A stretch of 64,000 bases of DNA from a virus, in IMG/VR virus record IMGVR_UViG_3300021442_000581, positions 6,218-70,217 of that record; one strand, written 5' to 3'. A program made the position numbers and the translations under genes. Of this stretch, positions 19,474 through 30,237 are shown in pieces. A model generated the notes under the pieces. That model did not search any database and was not told the origin of the DNA. It was given only the letters and a program-made list of their open reading frames with translations. Position 1 is the stretch's first letter; every line of letters starts with the position of its first letter.

Positions 19474-19733
19474 TGGACGAACCGCTTGACCTAAATAAAA
19501 AAAGATCAGGTCCATGGGACGATTCAGAAAAAAACAATGTGTACAAGGCAGATGTTGAAGAAAATATCAGAGGTGAATTGTATGTTAATTTGCCAAAGAA
19601 ATTGATGGAAAATCTAAATTGGCATCCAGGAGATGTACTGATTTGGGAAGAAACTGAAGTATTGGGAGATTATTCTGATTACAGTGCGGCACTTATTAGC
19701 AAGAAAACACATTGGAGTGAAAATAAGAAATGA
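19473..19733 (+). CDS. AbrB/MazE-type DNA-binding protein
   Basis: ELYVNLPKKLMENLNWHPGDVLIW. Confidence 0.6.
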   Translation: MDEPLDLNKKRSGPWDDSEKNNVYKADVEENIRGELYVNLPKKLMENLNWHPGDVLIWEETEVLGDYSDYSAALISKKTHWSENKK

Positions 19734-20041
19734 ATAGATATACACCGACAATAGTATTTTTGGTATTGTGCTTAGTGATTTGTTTAATTAATTGGAACTG
19801 TAGTTCTACTAATCAACATGGTGTGGAGGAAACTCATTATCCATTAATAGATACTCGTCTTAAAGTGCACAAATATAAAGACAATATACAGTGGATGCTA
19901 TTTCCAAAGAACAATACAAAATTAACTCAATATTGTTCTGTGCATTTTGAGTGGGAAGATATAACCCCAGTATACAGACAAATAAATGAAGAGTATAAGT
20001 GGGTTTATCAAGTAAAGAAAAACAAGAAAAGTTTTAAATAA
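19730..20041 (+). CDS. Hypothetical exported protein or lipoprotein
   Basis: Hydrophobic N-terminus followed by Cys. Confidence 0.5.
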   Translation: MNRYTPTIVFLVLCLVICLINWNCSSTNQHGVEETHYPLIDTRLKVHKYKDNIQWMLFPKNNTKLTQYCSVHFEWEDITPVYRQINEEYKWVYQVKKNKKSFK

Positions 20042-20051
20042 GGAGACTACA

Positions 20052-20303
20052 ATGGCCGGAAGACCTAGAAAATATGTCAGACCAAAAATTAGAAGAAAAT
20101 GTCATCATTGCGGAAAAATGGCGAATCAACCGTATTCTAGAACTATAGTTCCAAGTTTTAGTCAGTTTGATGATATTAAACCATGGACTAGAGGTAGTAT
20201 AAAAACAGATAGAATAGATTTAAAGGGAAATAGAAAGGTTAAAATATCCCATTATTGTAACCAAGAGTGTTATCAAAGGGCAGAAGGATTATGGGAAGAA
20301 TAA
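20052..20303 (+). CDS. Small basic Cys-motif (Zn-finger-like) protein
   Basis: CHHC...YCNQEC; AGGAG RBS. Confidence 0.55.
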   Translation: MAGRPRKYVRPKIRRKCHHCGKMANQPYSRTIVPSFSQFDDIKPWTRGSIKTDRIDLKGNRKVKISHYCNQECYQRAEGLWEE

Positions 20304-21157
20304 GCTGGTCTCAAGTTACTTCATGGAAGAGTTGCCCGTATAAGTGGAAACTTGGATACATTGATGGCCTTCGTCAATTTAAAGATTCAATATACACAGT
20401 TTATGGTAAAGCTTTTCATGCAACTATGCAAACATATCTGGAAGAGATGTACAATGAATCAATAGTAAAGGCTGATACGTTAGATCTTCCAAACATGTTA
20501 CTAGATAGATTAAAATTTTATTATTCTGAAGGTGTGAAAGCAGCTGATGGTGTACATTTTTCAACTCAAAAGGAATTGACTGAATTTTGTGTACAGGGTG
20601 CAAAGGCATTAACGTGGTTTAAAAAGCATAGAGGAGATTATTTTCAAAAGAAAAATTGGGAGTTGGTTGGTGTAGAAGTTGAATTGAATGAAAAATACAA
20701 ATACGTTGATGTTTTAGGTTATATTGATGTATTAATGAGAAACACCAAGACAGGAAAGTATAAGGTTATTGATATAAAAACATCAACCAGAGGTTGGAAA
20801 TATGAGAAGAAGGATCCTATGAAACGGGGTCAACTTATATTTTATAAGAAGTTTGTTGCTGAAAAATATGGTGTAGATATTAATGATATTGATATTGAAT
20901 TTATAATTGTTAAAAGATTATTGTGGGAAAAATCTGATTTTGCTCAAAAGTATATTCAAAGATGGGAACCTCCTTCGGCTCAAGTATCAATTAATAAGAC
21001 TTTTAAAGATGTTGACGTATTTATAGATGAATGTTTCAATGAAGACGGAAGTTATAAGGTTGATGCTACATATAAGAAGCTTGGTTTACAAAACAAGTGT
21101 AAATGGTGCGAATTTATAGATAGACCAGACTTGTGTGATAAAAAGGAGGAAGTATGA
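20291..21157 (+). CDS. PD-(D/E)XK exonuclease (Cas4/RecB-like)
   Basis: SWS....W.SCP, G.AFH, GYIDV, IDIKTS, QL..Y, C-terminal CKWC...C. Confidence 0.85.
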   Translation: MGRISWSQVTSWKSCPYKWKLGYIDGLRQFKDSIYTVYGKAFHATMQTYLEEMYNESIVKADTLDLPNMLLDRLKFYYSEGVKAADGVHFSTQKELTEFCVQGAKALTWFKKHRGDYFQKKNWELVGVEVELNEKYKYVDVLGYIDVLMRNTKTGKYKVIDIKTSTRGWKYEKKDPMKRGQLIFYKKFVAEKYGVDINDIDIEFIIVKRLLWEKSDFAQKYIQRWEPPSAQVSINKTFKDVDVFIDECFNEDGSYKVDATYKKLGLQNKCKWCEFIDRPDLCDKKEEV

Positions 21158-21618
21158 TTCCTACAGTTAGAATTAATGCAGAGGATTTTATAGGTACAGA
21201 TTTTGAACCTGCAATATGGAAGGTTATTAAAAAAACGAAAACAGAAAATCGTCAAGAATTCAAATTAAGTTTTTATGTTAAAAAACATGTAGATATTCAA
21301 ACCGTTATGGATTCCATTGCTAGTCATGATGATGCATTACAGTTAAAAACAACAATAAAAACAGAAGAGAAAGCAGCAAAAGAGTGGGTGTTTTTAGATG
21401 TATGTAGTAAGGATCAGAAAGATTATGGTTCTTCTAGGTTTAAATTTGTTGCTGATCCTCCTGCAAATATTATTGGAGCTATGCAATTTTTAACTGATCA
21501 TTTCAATTTTGTTAAGGATATTGAAATTAAACGAGATACTTCTTCTCTTTCCTCTGCTTTTAGAAGTACTCAAAAAAGACAGAAGAGAAATGATTCTTCC
21601 TCATTCAACAAAAATTAA
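21154..21618 (+). CDS. Hypothetical protein
   Basis: 154-aa ORF coupled to the upstream gene. Confidence 0.65.
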   Translation: MIPTVRINAEDFIGTDFEPAIWKVIKKTKTENRQEFKLSFYVKKHVDIQTVMDSIASHDDALQLKTTIKTEEKAAKEWVFLDVCSKDQKDYGSSRFKFVADPPANIIGAMQFLTDHFNFVKDIEIKRDTSSLSSAFRSTQKRQKRNDSSSFNKN

Positions 21619-21677
21619 ATAGCATCTTTATTGATTTACACAATATATATGTATATATAAATATAAGGAATGTTATA

Positions 21678-21893
21678 ATGAAAAACACTACAAACAATCA
21701 ACCATGGCAACTGACTTCAATTAAGGTCTTATCCGAAATTTATGGTCAGTTTAAAGTTGAAGGCAGAAATGCAAATGTAACTCTACAAAAATTAGTAAAT
21801 AGAGCTATGTATTTGTATTCTACTAATGAAGAGTTTCGAAATAAGATAAAAGATATCGAAACGCTTAGTGAAAATTACAAAATTGGTTATTAA
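21678..21893 (+). CDS. Small putative DNA-binding protein (ribbon-helix-helix-like)
   Basis: LTSIKV....Y..FK.......TLQKLVNRAM; AAGGA RBS. Confidence 0.5.
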   Translation: MKNTTNNQPWQLTSIKVLSEIYGQFKVEGRNANVTLQKLVNRAMYLYSTNEEFRNKIKDIETLSENYKIGY

Positions 21894-21908
21894 ACAATAG
21901 GAGTTTTA

Positions 21909-23423
21909 ATGCTTAAAGTCGGTGATATTCGTAATGGATACGAGATTCTACCGCAAGATGAACGCAAAACTGTTCTTCTCCTAAGTGACGATTTAAGAAT
22001 GACATCAGGGGTTGGCAACGTTTCTCGCGACTTTGTCTTGGGTACTGTTCATAGATTTAATTGGATTCAGGTTGGTGGAGCTATTAATCATCCTGAAGAT
22101 GGTAAAAATGTAGACATGGGTGATGATGTTGCTAAAAGAACCGGTGTTCCGGATCCAATGGTAAAGGTTCATCCTACTAGTGGATATGGAAATCAGTTTA
22201 TAATTCGAAATATTATTAACCACTATAATCCTGATGCTCTTATGATCTATACAGATCCACGGTTTTGGGAATGGTTATTTCAAATGGAACAGGAAATTAG
22301 AGCGACGACTCCAATATTTTACTACAATATATGGGATTCATTACCCTATCCAATGTGGAATAGAAAATATTATGACTCCGTGGATGCGTTATTTAATATA
22401 ACGAAACAGACCACAAATCTAGTTAAACAGGTTAGGTCATCTTATGAAGATTGGCAAGTGACGTATATTCCTCATGGTATTAGTACAGAAGATTTTTATC
22501 CATTGCCAAAGAAGTATGATAAGCAAAAAGAGTATGACGAGTTTGCAAGTAAACTTCCTCAAAATAAGGATTTCATATTGTTTTATAATGCTAGAAATAT
22601 TAGGAGGAAATTGCCTGCTGATATGATTTTAGCATATAGAACTTTTTGTGATTCTATTCCAAAGGAAGATGCAGATAGATGTTTATTTTTAATGCACACT
22701 TCTCCTCAAGATCCAAATGGAACGGATCTTCCAATGGTAACTAAAGATTTATGTCCAGATTATGATGTAATTTTTTCTCAAGATAAAATCGATAGGGAAC
22801 AATTAAATTGGTTGTACAATATGGCAGATTGTTCGATTTTAATAAGCTCTAATGAGGGATTTGGATTAATGGGTGTTGAAACCCTGATGACCGGTACTCC
22901 ATTAATTGTTAATGTTTCAGGAGGAATGCAAGATTATTGTGGATTTAAAAAGAAAGTAGCTACAGATTGGGATTCCGATGGTAACACAACTAGAGAAAAA
23001 TTTGAATATTTAACAGTTGATGATTATACTGCAGAATGGGGATCAAATCATGATGGTCGATATAAAGATCATGGTGAATGGGTCTTTCCAGTTTATCCGT
23101 CTAATCGTTCTGTACAGGGTTCTTTACCTACTCCGTACATTTCGGATGATAGGCCAGATTTTCAAGATGTTGCTAAACAGATGAAAGCGGCCTGGTCAGA
23201 ACGTGGAGCTAAGCTTGAAAAACGGGGTAAAGCAGGTAGAAAATTCGTATTAGATCCAGTTAATGGATTTACAGGTGAAGAAATGTGTAGACGATTTACA
23301 CACGATATGGAACAAGCTTGGGATAATTTTAAACCTCGTGGAAGAATGACTATGGATAATGCTACTGTATGGGAAAGAGAAAAACCAAAGTTTAACGGTC
23401 TTACATTGAATAAGGAGATATAA
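21909..23423 (+). CDS. GT-B (GT4-like) glycosyltransferase
   Basis: LLLSDD....SGV, YIPHG, RNIRRK, SSNEGFGL..E. Confidence 0.85.
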   Translation: MLKVGDIRNGYEILPQDERKTVLLLSDDLRMTSGVGNVSRDFVLGTVHRFNWIQVGGAINHPEDGKNVDMGDDVAKRTGVPDPMVKVHPTSGYGNQFIIRNIINHYNPDALMIYTDPRFWEWLFQMEQEIRATTPIFYYNIWDSLPYPMWNRKYYDSVDALFNITKQTTNLVKQVRSSYEDWQVTYIPHGISTEDFYPLPKKYDKQKEYDEFASKLPQNKDFILFYNARNIRRKLPADMILAYRTFCDSIPKEDADRCLFLMHTSPQDPNGTDLPMVTKDLCPDYDVIFSQDKIDREQLNWLYNMADCSILISSNEGFGLMGVETLMTGTPLIVNVSGGMQDYCGFKKKVATDWDSDGNTTREKFEYLTVDDYTAEWGSNHDGRYKDHGEWVFPVYPSNRSVQGSLPTPYISDDRPDFQDVAKQMKAAWSERGAKLEKRGKAGRKFVLDPVNGFTGEEMCRRFTHDMEQAWDNFKPRGRMTMDNATVWEREKPKFNGLTLNKEI

Positions 23424-24715
23424 TGTCGTATAAGCCAACGTGTTTAATTACCGCTCCAGTAGCTACTAGATCTGGATATGGAGCTCGGTCTAGAGATATA
23501 GCTCGAGCAATAATCAATATGAATAGGTATAATGTACAAATCCAACCGGTAAGTTGGGGATCAACACCTCAAAATGCATTGGTAGAGGATGAGCCTAAGG
23601 ATATAATGATTATTGACAGACTGATTGATACTCCGGAAATTAAACCTGGAAGTATTGATTTGCATATTCATATTGTAACTCCTGCTGAATTTGTACCATT
23701 TGGAAAATATAATATCGGCATCACAGCCGGCTTAGAGTGTACAGTAGTTCCAATGAGTTGGATAGAAGGAATGAATAAAATGGATTTGGTACTAGCGAGC
23801 TCTAATTTCGGTGCTGAAGTTTTAAGAGCAACTCAATATACTAATAAAGAAACCGGCCAGGTTATAAGGACAGATACTCCAGTTGATGTAATATTTGAGG
23901 GAGCAGATCTTGATACGTATCATTTGACTAGGACGTGTTCTAAACCCCTAAATGATTGTATGATGCAAGTAAAGGAAGATTGGAATTTTTTGTTTTGTGG
24001 ACACTGGTTACAAGGACCGGTTGGACATGATAGAAAAGATGTAGGAATATTGATCAGAGAATTTTTGATAAATTATAAATCGTCTATGGGAATAGGTTTA
24101 ATACTTAAGACTAACGGAGCCAGTACATGCGTAATGGATAGGGATAACATTCTTCAAAAAATACATGATATAAAAACACAATGTCGTGCATTTAATGATG
24201 ATTTACCAAACGTTTATTTACTACATGCAGATTTACATGATTCTGAAGTCAATGACTTGTATAATCATCCAAAGGTTAAGGCTCATATAACGTATACACA
24301 TGGAGAAGGGTATGGTCGTCCATTACTTGAAGCAACTATGTCAGAAAAACCAGTAATTGCTCCAAACTGGAGTGGGCATACTGATTTTTTACATAAGAAT
24401 CACAGTGTTCTTCTTCCAGGTGGAATGATAGACGTACATCCAGATGCACTTCAAGAAGGAATTAAATGTGATGGACAACAGTGGTTTGCAGTTGATCACA
24501 GTAAAGCTAGAGGCATGATCTTTGATGTTAAGCGAAATTACAGAAAATATAAACTTAAAGCTAGGAAGCAAGCTAAACTTAATAGACAACGATTTTCATT
24601 TGTGGCTATGCAAAATAAGTTAAGTAAATTATTGGATACTAATGTACCACCATTTACTCAAACTGTTGAAGCCGCTATGCCAACATTGAAATTACCAAAA
24701 TTGGAAAAAGTATAA
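23423..24715 (+). CDS. GT-B (GT4-like) glycosyltransferase
   Basis: TRSGYG.RSRD, DRKD, THGEGYGRPLLEA, PNWSGH.DF. Confidence 0.85.
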   Translation: MSYKPTCLITAPVATRSGYGARSRDIARAIINMNRYNVQIQPVSWGSTPQNALVEDEPKDIMIIDRLIDTPEIKPGSIDLHIHIVTPAEFVPFGKYNIGITAGLECTVVPMSWIEGMNKMDLVLASSNFGAEVLRATQYTNKETGQVIRTDTPVDVIFEGADLDTYHLTRTCSKPLNDCMMQVKEDWNFLFCGHWLQGPVGHDRKDVGILIREFLINYKSSMGIGLILKTNGASTCVMDRDNILQKIHDIKTQCRAFNDDLPNVYLLHADLHDSEVNDLYNHPKVKAHITYTHGEGYGRPLLEATMSEKPVIAPNWSGHTDFLHKNHSVLLPGGMIDVHPDALQEGIKCDGQQWFAVDHSKARGMIFDVKRNYRKYKLKARKQAKLNRQRFSFVAMQNKLSKLLDTNVPPFTQTVEAAMPTLKLPKLEKV

Positions 24716-24927
24716 TGATGCAATTGGGATCAACATTGTTAAAAGCAATACGACAAAAAATAGAAGGTGAAATAGCCGTACACAAGGTAAACATTCAGGT
24801 TTTGTTAGAAAATCATGTAGGAGTTGCAGAACATCCTGATATAACAAAAACTATTGAAGATGAATTAGGAATTATTGCTAGCTGTGAAGATAAGTTAACA
24901 GTATTAAAACAACATTTTAGTGGGTAA
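24715..24927 (+). CDS. Hypothetical phage protein
   Basis: 70 aa; VGVAEHPDI motif. Confidence 0.7.
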   Translation: MMQLGSTLLKAIRQKIEGEIAVHKVNIQVLLENHVGVAEHPDITKTIEDELGIIASCEDKLTVLKQHFSG

Positions 24928-25031
24928 GATATGATTTCAGTAATACCGGTATTTATGCAAAATTTTGAATTGGTTTATTTTTGCCTGTTTTGTCTTTTTT
25001 TAATAGAAGTAACAGAGTGGATAGATAACAA

Positions 25032-25502
25032 ATGGAAAAAGTAGTACAGTGCTTCGTATGTGATGATAATAACATGTGCTTTGAAGAAGTTCAAGATGAG
25101 ACTAGCAGTTATATGTGTTTTTGTTGTGGATTTATGAGCGATTCTAGGTTTACAAAAGACAACGAAGGAAAGGTTAGACAAGATTCATCAATTTTAATAA
25201 ACAAATTAAAAACATTTGATAGTGATAGAGAAATATATTGGTACCCCTCAGTAGTTAATATGGGAAAATTGGGAATAATTTATCCAGAAGGAGATGAATC
25301 AAATTGGGTTTGGAAGTATGCAAAAACAGTTGAAATTCCTGAAGAAAAACGCGCAGCATTTGGAAATCATTCAATGAGATTGGATACAGATAATGCAGAA
25401 GAATTTCTTGCTACTGATTTTATTAGTGCATGCAAATCTATGGGTATAGCTAAAGATTTAAATACAGCAACCGGTTCTTTAGAAATTCCTTTAGAGAAAT
25501 AG
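25032..25502 (+). CDS. Hypothetical protein with N-terminal Cys pairs
   Basis: CFVC...C...CFCCG. Confidence 0.65.
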   Translation: MEKVVQCFVCDDNNMCFEEVQDETSSYMCFCCGFMSDSRFTKDNEGKVRQDSSILINKLKTFDSDREIYWYPSVVNMGKLGIIYPEGDESNWVWKYAKTVEIPEEKRAAFGNHSMRLDTDNAEEFLATDFISACKSMGIAKDLNTATGSLEIPLEK

Positions 25503-25503
25503 T

Positions 25504-26007
25504 ATGGCTAAATCACGAATTTCATGGGGTAAAATCAGAGCCGGAGATGTAGTTGAATTTCGTTATAAGGGTCAAAAACTAGGTGCTAAATCAAGATACA
25601 GAACTGCTTTAATTTTAAATGAACGACACATGTACAAAAGAGTAGATGGACATCGAGTAAGATTAGTTCATGCTATGGAATTCAGTGCTATACCAAGAAG
25701 GTCGGGATCTGTTATACTAAGAGAAGCTCACATAAAAAAGTTACTTAAAAAGGCCGGTAAAGTAGAATTAAGAGAAGGAGCTGACTCTGATTATTTTGCA
25801 ATTAAAGGTACCAGAATGACGGCTAAAAGACAGTACAACAAACTAAGAAATTTAGTAACACAGCATGCAAATTACAGAACTTACAGTTGGGCAAGATTAA
25901 AAACTAGAGCGTGTTTTATATCTGAGGACTTTCAATGGCCAGATGAACTTGTAAAGGATGTTCTAGAGAATGCTCGTGATCCAGAAATAGATGAGGCAGA
26001 ATTATAG
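25504..26007 (+). CDS. Hypothetical basic protein
   Basis: 167-aa ORF in the operon. Confidence 0.65.
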   Translation: MAKSRISWGKIRAGDVVEFRYKGQKLGAKSRYRTALILNERHMYKRVDGHRVRLVHAMEFSAIPRRSGSVILREAHIKKLLKKAGKVELREGADSDYFAIKGTRMTAKRQYNKLRNLVTQHANYRTYSWARLKTRACFISEDFQWPDELVKDVLENARDPEIDEAEL

Positions 26008-26008
26008 A

Positions 26009-26641
26009 ATGGTTGAAATAAGTTACGCGGTTACAACACACAATGAACATAAAGAGATAGAAAAGCTTATACCCTTTATACTCGAGCATAAAGATAAAGA
26101 AGATGAGCTTGTAATAATAGATGATTATTCAGATTATCAATGCTGGAGAATATTTGATGAATACATTCATGACTCTGAAAATAATATAAAATTTTGTGAG
26201 CATGCACTGAACAGTAATTTTTCTGTGCACAAGAATTTTATGAATGATCAGTGCTCTGGAGATTGGATATTCAATATTGATGCTGATGAGAAACCTCACG
26301 AAAATTTGATTGCTAATGTAAAACCTCTTATAGAGACAAACCCAGAAGTAGAATTATATTGGGTACCAAGAATTAATACGGTTGATGGAATGACACAAGA
26401 TCATGCGGCTCAATTTGGCTGGAGATTAAACGATAAGAATTGGGTAAATTATCCGGATCCTCAACAAAGAATTTATAAAAATGCATCACATATACGGTGG
26501 AATTTTGCAGTTCATGAGAGATTAGAAGGTGCGAAAGTGGATACTTTATTACCTAGAGAAGAAGAGTGGTCTATATATCATCATAAAACATTGGAAAAAC
26601 AAATAGAACAAAATAAAAAATATCAAGGAATTAAAAGATGA
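26009..26641 (+). CDS. GT2 glycosyltransferase
   Basis: ISYAVTTHNE, IIDDYS, WIFNIDADE, VPRIN, VHERL. Confidence 0.85.
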   Translation: MVEISYAVTTHNEHKEIEKLIPFILEHKDKEDELVIIDDYSDYQCWRIFDEYIHDSENNIKFCEHALNSNFSVHKNFMNDQCSGDWIFNIDADEKPHENLIANVKPLIETNPEVELYWVPRINTVDGMTQDHAAQFGWRLNDKNWVNYPDPQQRIYKNASHIRWNFAVHERLEGAKVDTLLPREEEWSIYHHKTLEKQIEQNKKYQGIKR

Positions 26642-27615
26642 AAGCATTGGTTACAGGAGGAGCAGGATTTGTAGGTACTAATTTGGTTAATCGATTATTA
26701 AGTGATGGACACGACGTAATATCAATGGATAATTATTCAACTGGATCTACTAAAAATCATCAAAAGGGATGTCGCTACCTGGATTTTGATTGCACTGATA
26801 CAGAATCATGGAAACAAGCTGATGAATTTTGGGAAGGAAATGTACCAGATGTTATATTTCACATGGCTGCGTTAGCTAGAATACAGCCTTCCATAAAAGA
26901 TCCCATTCCGGCTATTCGTAATAATTTTGATAGTACATTGAACATATTAGAATACGCTAGGATTAACGATATAAAAGTAGTTTTTGCAGGATCGAGTTCT
27001 TATCATCACGGCTTATACGAAAGCCCTTATGCATGGTCTAAACATTCTGGTGAACAACTTTGTAAGCTGTACAGTAATGTGTATGATGTTAGTACTGTAA
27101 TATGTAGATTTTATAATGTATATGGAAATCATCAGATTCTTACTGGAGAGTATGCTACTGTTATTGGAATATTTTGTGATCAGTATTTTAATGAGAAACC
27201 ATTAACAATAGTTGGAGATGGAGAACAGCGTAGAGATTTTACTCATGTTGATGATATAGTAGATGGTATAGTTAAGGCATCTAAAGGAACATGGAAAGCT
27301 GAAACGTTTGAACTGGGAACTGGCCATAATTATTCTATAAATGAAATAGCAAAGTATTACGGAAAAGATTATCCAGTTAAGTATATTCCAGCCCGTCCGG
27401 GTGAATATGATGTTACATTATGTGATTACTTTAAAGCCCATAATGAATTAGGGTATCAGCCAACTGGTAATATACAATTATGGATTAGGGAGTTTATACA
27501 AGAAGTTGAACATGTTGGTCCACTTGTAATTAGTGAAGGGAAATTTAACTATGATCATGTAGTTGATGATGCTGGTGTTGATATAAAAACTGGTAAGTAT
27601 GTAGGTGATGCATGA
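26638..27615 (+). CDS. NAD-dependent nucleotide-sugar epimerase/dehydratase
   Basis: TGGAGFVG, PYAWSK, RFYNVYG, GDGEQRRDFTHV. Confidence 0.92.
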   Translation: MKALVTGGAGFVGTNLVNRLLSDGHDVISMDNYSTGSTKNHQKGCRYLDFDCTDTESWKQADEFWEGNVPDVIFHMAALARIQPSIKDPIPAIRNNFDSTLNILEYARINDIKVVFAGSSSYHHGLYESPYAWSKHSGEQLCKLYSNVYDVSTVICRFYNVYGNHQILTGEYATVIGIFCDQYFNEKPLTIVGDGEQRRDFTHVDDIVDGIVKASKGTWKAETFELGTGHNYSINEIAKYYGKDYPVKYIPARPGEYDVTLCDYFKAHNELGYQPTGNIQLWIREFIQEVEHVGPLVISEGKFNYDHVVDDAGVDIKTGKYVGDA

Positions 27616-28454
27616 GAGAAATAAAATTGGTTACAAATTGTGAGAGACCTCCAAATTATCTTATGGATTATTGTTTAAAATACTGGTTAGATAGTGGATT
27701 TAAACCTGAAAATTTAATTTTTCTAGTTAATAACATTTCAAAATTTGATATGGTTAGATCTCTAAAGAATCGATATGGAATAGATGCAGTACGAGTAGAA
27801 TCAGAAGAAGACATTTATAGAAAAGATCAGTGTGTGGTATGGGATGATTTAGAAGAGTATGATTACGGTGCTTACCATGATAGAGAACGGGATATTATTA
27901 ATAGAGTACAACATCGGTTATTAGATAACGGAGTTGATGTAGTAATATTTTTAGATAGAGATGAAGTGCTCTATCATAATAATTTGATGGAAGTCTTACA
28001 AAATTTTGATGAAGAAGTTATACGACCAAGAGGGATAGAGGTTATTCAAGAAGGAAACGAATATGCTTTAGATGTTAGGAGACCAATTCATGAACAGAGA
28101 TCTTACGTACGTTATTATCCGTCTAAAAGTAAAGCTTGTATTACTACAATACCAATAAATTGGATGGTTGGAAGACACGGAACTTTAGATGGCAGATGGC
28201 CACATGCAGATGATAGACACTTTGAAGTCGGTGGAAATAGAGATGAGTATCCTGGGTTGTATTTGTTTCATATTGATAAGGTAGATATGAATTTAGTCTA
28301 TAGGTTACGAATAGAAAGTCAGAAAATTTTTACTAGTAATGATAGACATACTGGAGTCGTAGATCAAAATGAATTTACAGAATGGTTTACTGAAGCACAA
28401 AGAGACGGTGAACTTTACAAAGATAAAAAATTATTAAAAGAAATAGGAATGTAA
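27612..28454 (+). CDS. Putative GT-A fold glycosyltransferase
   Basis: VIFLDRDE, W..GRH; lies within the glycan island. Confidence 0.55.
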   Translation: MREIKLVTNCERPPNYLMDYCLKYWLDSGFKPENLIFLVNNISKFDMVRSLKNRYGIDAVRVESEEDIYRKDQCVVWDDLEEYDYGAYHDRERDIINRVQHRLLDNGVDVVIFLDRDEVLYHNNLMEVLQNFDEEVIRPRGIEVIQEGNEYALDVRRPIHEQRSYVRYYPSKSKACITTIPINWMVGRHGTLDGRWPHADDRHFEVGGNRDEYPGLYLFHIDKVDMNLVYRLRIESQKIFTSNDRHTGVVDQNEFTEWFTEAQRDGELYKDKKLLKEIGM

Positions 28455-28455
28455 T

Positions 28456-29001
28456 ATGCAAGTAAGAACAACTAAATTTGGATCGGTTAAAATGTTTGTA
28501 CCGGATGTACACGTTGATGAAAGAGGGTTTTTTATGGAATCTTTTAACAACGAAATACAGAGTAAACTAGGAGTGGATTTTAGACAGGATAACCATTCTA
28601 AATCATATAAAAATGTATTGCGTGGATTGCATTATCAGTGGGCTCCACCAATGGGAAAATTATTAAGAGTCGTTAAGGGATCCGGATTGGATTGTGTTGT
28701 CGATATAAGACAGGAATCTCGAACATTTGGTGAACATGAAATATTCTTGTTAACAGAAAATAATTATTATGAATTATGGGTACCACCGGGATTTGCACAG
28801 GGATTTTTAGCATTGGAGGATGACACTCATTTATGTTACAAAGCATCGGCTTTATACAATGGTGATGCTGAAGGAGCATTAAACCCGTTAGACATGCAAT
28901 TGGATATTAATTGGGGCATTGAACATGACCAGATTATCTTATCCGACAAAGATAAAGCTGCACAATCATTTGGAGATTATCTTGAAAACCCAAAGTTTTA
29001 A
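28456..29001 (+). CDS. rmlC: dTDP-4-dehydrorhamnose 3,5-epimerase
   Basis: DERGFFMESF, QDNHSKS..NVLRGLHYQ, WVPPGFA.GF, LSDKD. Confidence 0.93.
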   Translation: MQVRTTKFGSVKMFVPDVHVDERGFFMESFNNEIQSKLGVDFRQDNHSKSYKNVLRGLHYQWAPPMGKLLRVVKGSGLDCVVDIRQESRTFGEHEIFLLTENNYYELWVPPGFAQGFLALEDDTHLCYKASALYNGDAEGALNPLDMQLDINWGIEHDQIILSDKDKAAQSFGDYLENPKF

Positions 29002-29281
29002 CGAATACTACAAATATTATTTAACGTTACATAAAAACCCGCACACGAGGTTACTACATTTTATAGGTCAATTGGTTACGATTCTTTATGCCGCAATTGT
29101 TGTACTACATCAACACTGGTATTTAGCACCGTTTATTCCAGTTATTGTATATCCATTTGCATGGAGTGGACATTATTTCTTTGAACAGAATAAACCAGCG
29201 GCTTGGTCAAATCCAGTGTGGGCTAAAGCTTGTGATTGGGTTATGTTTTGGGACATAATTAGAGGACGAATAAAGCTATGA
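28982..29281 (+). CDS. DUF962 (Mpo1-like) membrane protein
   Basis: YL..H.NP.TRLLHFIG, FAWSGHYFFEQNKPA. Confidence 0.85.
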   Translation: MKTQSFNEYYKYYLTLHKNPHTRLLHFIGQLVTILYAAIVVLHQHWYLAPFIPVIVYPFAWSGHYFFEQNKPAAWSNPVWAKACDWVMFWDIIRGRIKL

Positions 29282-30237
29282 AAAAAATATTAATCGCAGG
29301 TGGAGCAGGTTATATAGGTACTAGGTTTTGTGAACAATACGATCGTCATTATGATATAACAGTTTTAGATCCATTTTGGTTTGGAGATAATATTAGGACC
29401 GATAATGTAAGAAAATGGAAAGGTGAAATACTAGATCTTGATGTAGACACCCTTAAGGAATACGATGCGGTGTTATTTATGGGAGGATTGTCAAACGATC
29501 CAATGGTTAATTTCAGACCAGATATGAATTTTACAGAGAATAGTGCTATACCAACTTATTTGGCATGGTTAACTAAAGAAGCTGGCATTAAGAAATTTAT
29601 AGGTGCCAGCTCATGCAGCGTATACGGATTTACCAGAAATAAGACGTTAACTGAAAATTCACCAATAAAGCCGTATTATCCGTATGGAATAGCTAAGCTT
29701 CAACTTGAAAAGGGTATTTCTATTTTAGAAGATGAAAATTTTAGACCTGTTTTATTTCGTAAAGGAACTGTTGGAGGTTGGAGTAATAGAATGCGGTATG
29801 ATTTGGTGGTTAATACTATGTTTATGACCGCAATTACTACTGGCAAAATTACTGTTAATAGCCCAATGTTGTGGAGGCCGCTGATTGATATTAGAGACGT
29901 TATTAATGGTTACCGATTAGCATTAGAAGTTGATGAAGAAGTTTCAGGAATTTATAATTTATCAGGAGTTAATATGACAATTGGTTCTCTTGGAAAATTA
30001 ATCAAAAAACAATTGAATGCGTATGTTGATGTTGAACTTAGTATTTTAGATGTTAAGGATGTAAGAAACTATAAAGTTAATTGCGATAAAGCTGCAGATG
30101 AATTAGAATTTAAAGCAAAGTATAAACCGGCAGATTCTATACGAGAAATTTTAGAAAATATCGAAGATTTTAACACTTACGACTTTTCAAAAGATATATA
30201 TTATAATATAAACGTATTTAAGGAAGTTACAAAATGA
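29278..30237 (+). CDS. NAD-dependent epimerase/dehydratase
   Basis: GGAGYIG, SNDP, ASSCSVYG, YGIAK, RMRYDLVVN. Confidence 0.9.
   Translation: MKKILIAGGAGYIGTRFCEQYDRHYDITVLDPFWFGDNIRTDNVRKWKGEILDLDVDTLKEYDAVLFMGGLSNDPMVNFRPDMNFTENSAIPTYLAWLTKEAGIKKFIGASSCSVYGFTRNKTLTENSPIKPYYPYGIAKLQLEKGISILEDENFRPVLFRKGTVGGWSNRMRYDLVVNTMFMTAITTGKITVNSPMLWRPLIDIRDVINGYRLALEVDEEVSGIYNLSGVNMTIGSLGKLIKKQLNAYVDVELSILDVKDVRNYKVNCDKAADELEFKAKYKPADSIREILENIEDFNTYDFSKDIYYNINVFKEVTK

Noticed and set aside
20291-21157. CRISPR-Cas system suggested by the Cas4-like nuclease
   Set aside because: No repeat-spacer array or other cas genes; solo PD-(D/E)XK nucleases are common in phages
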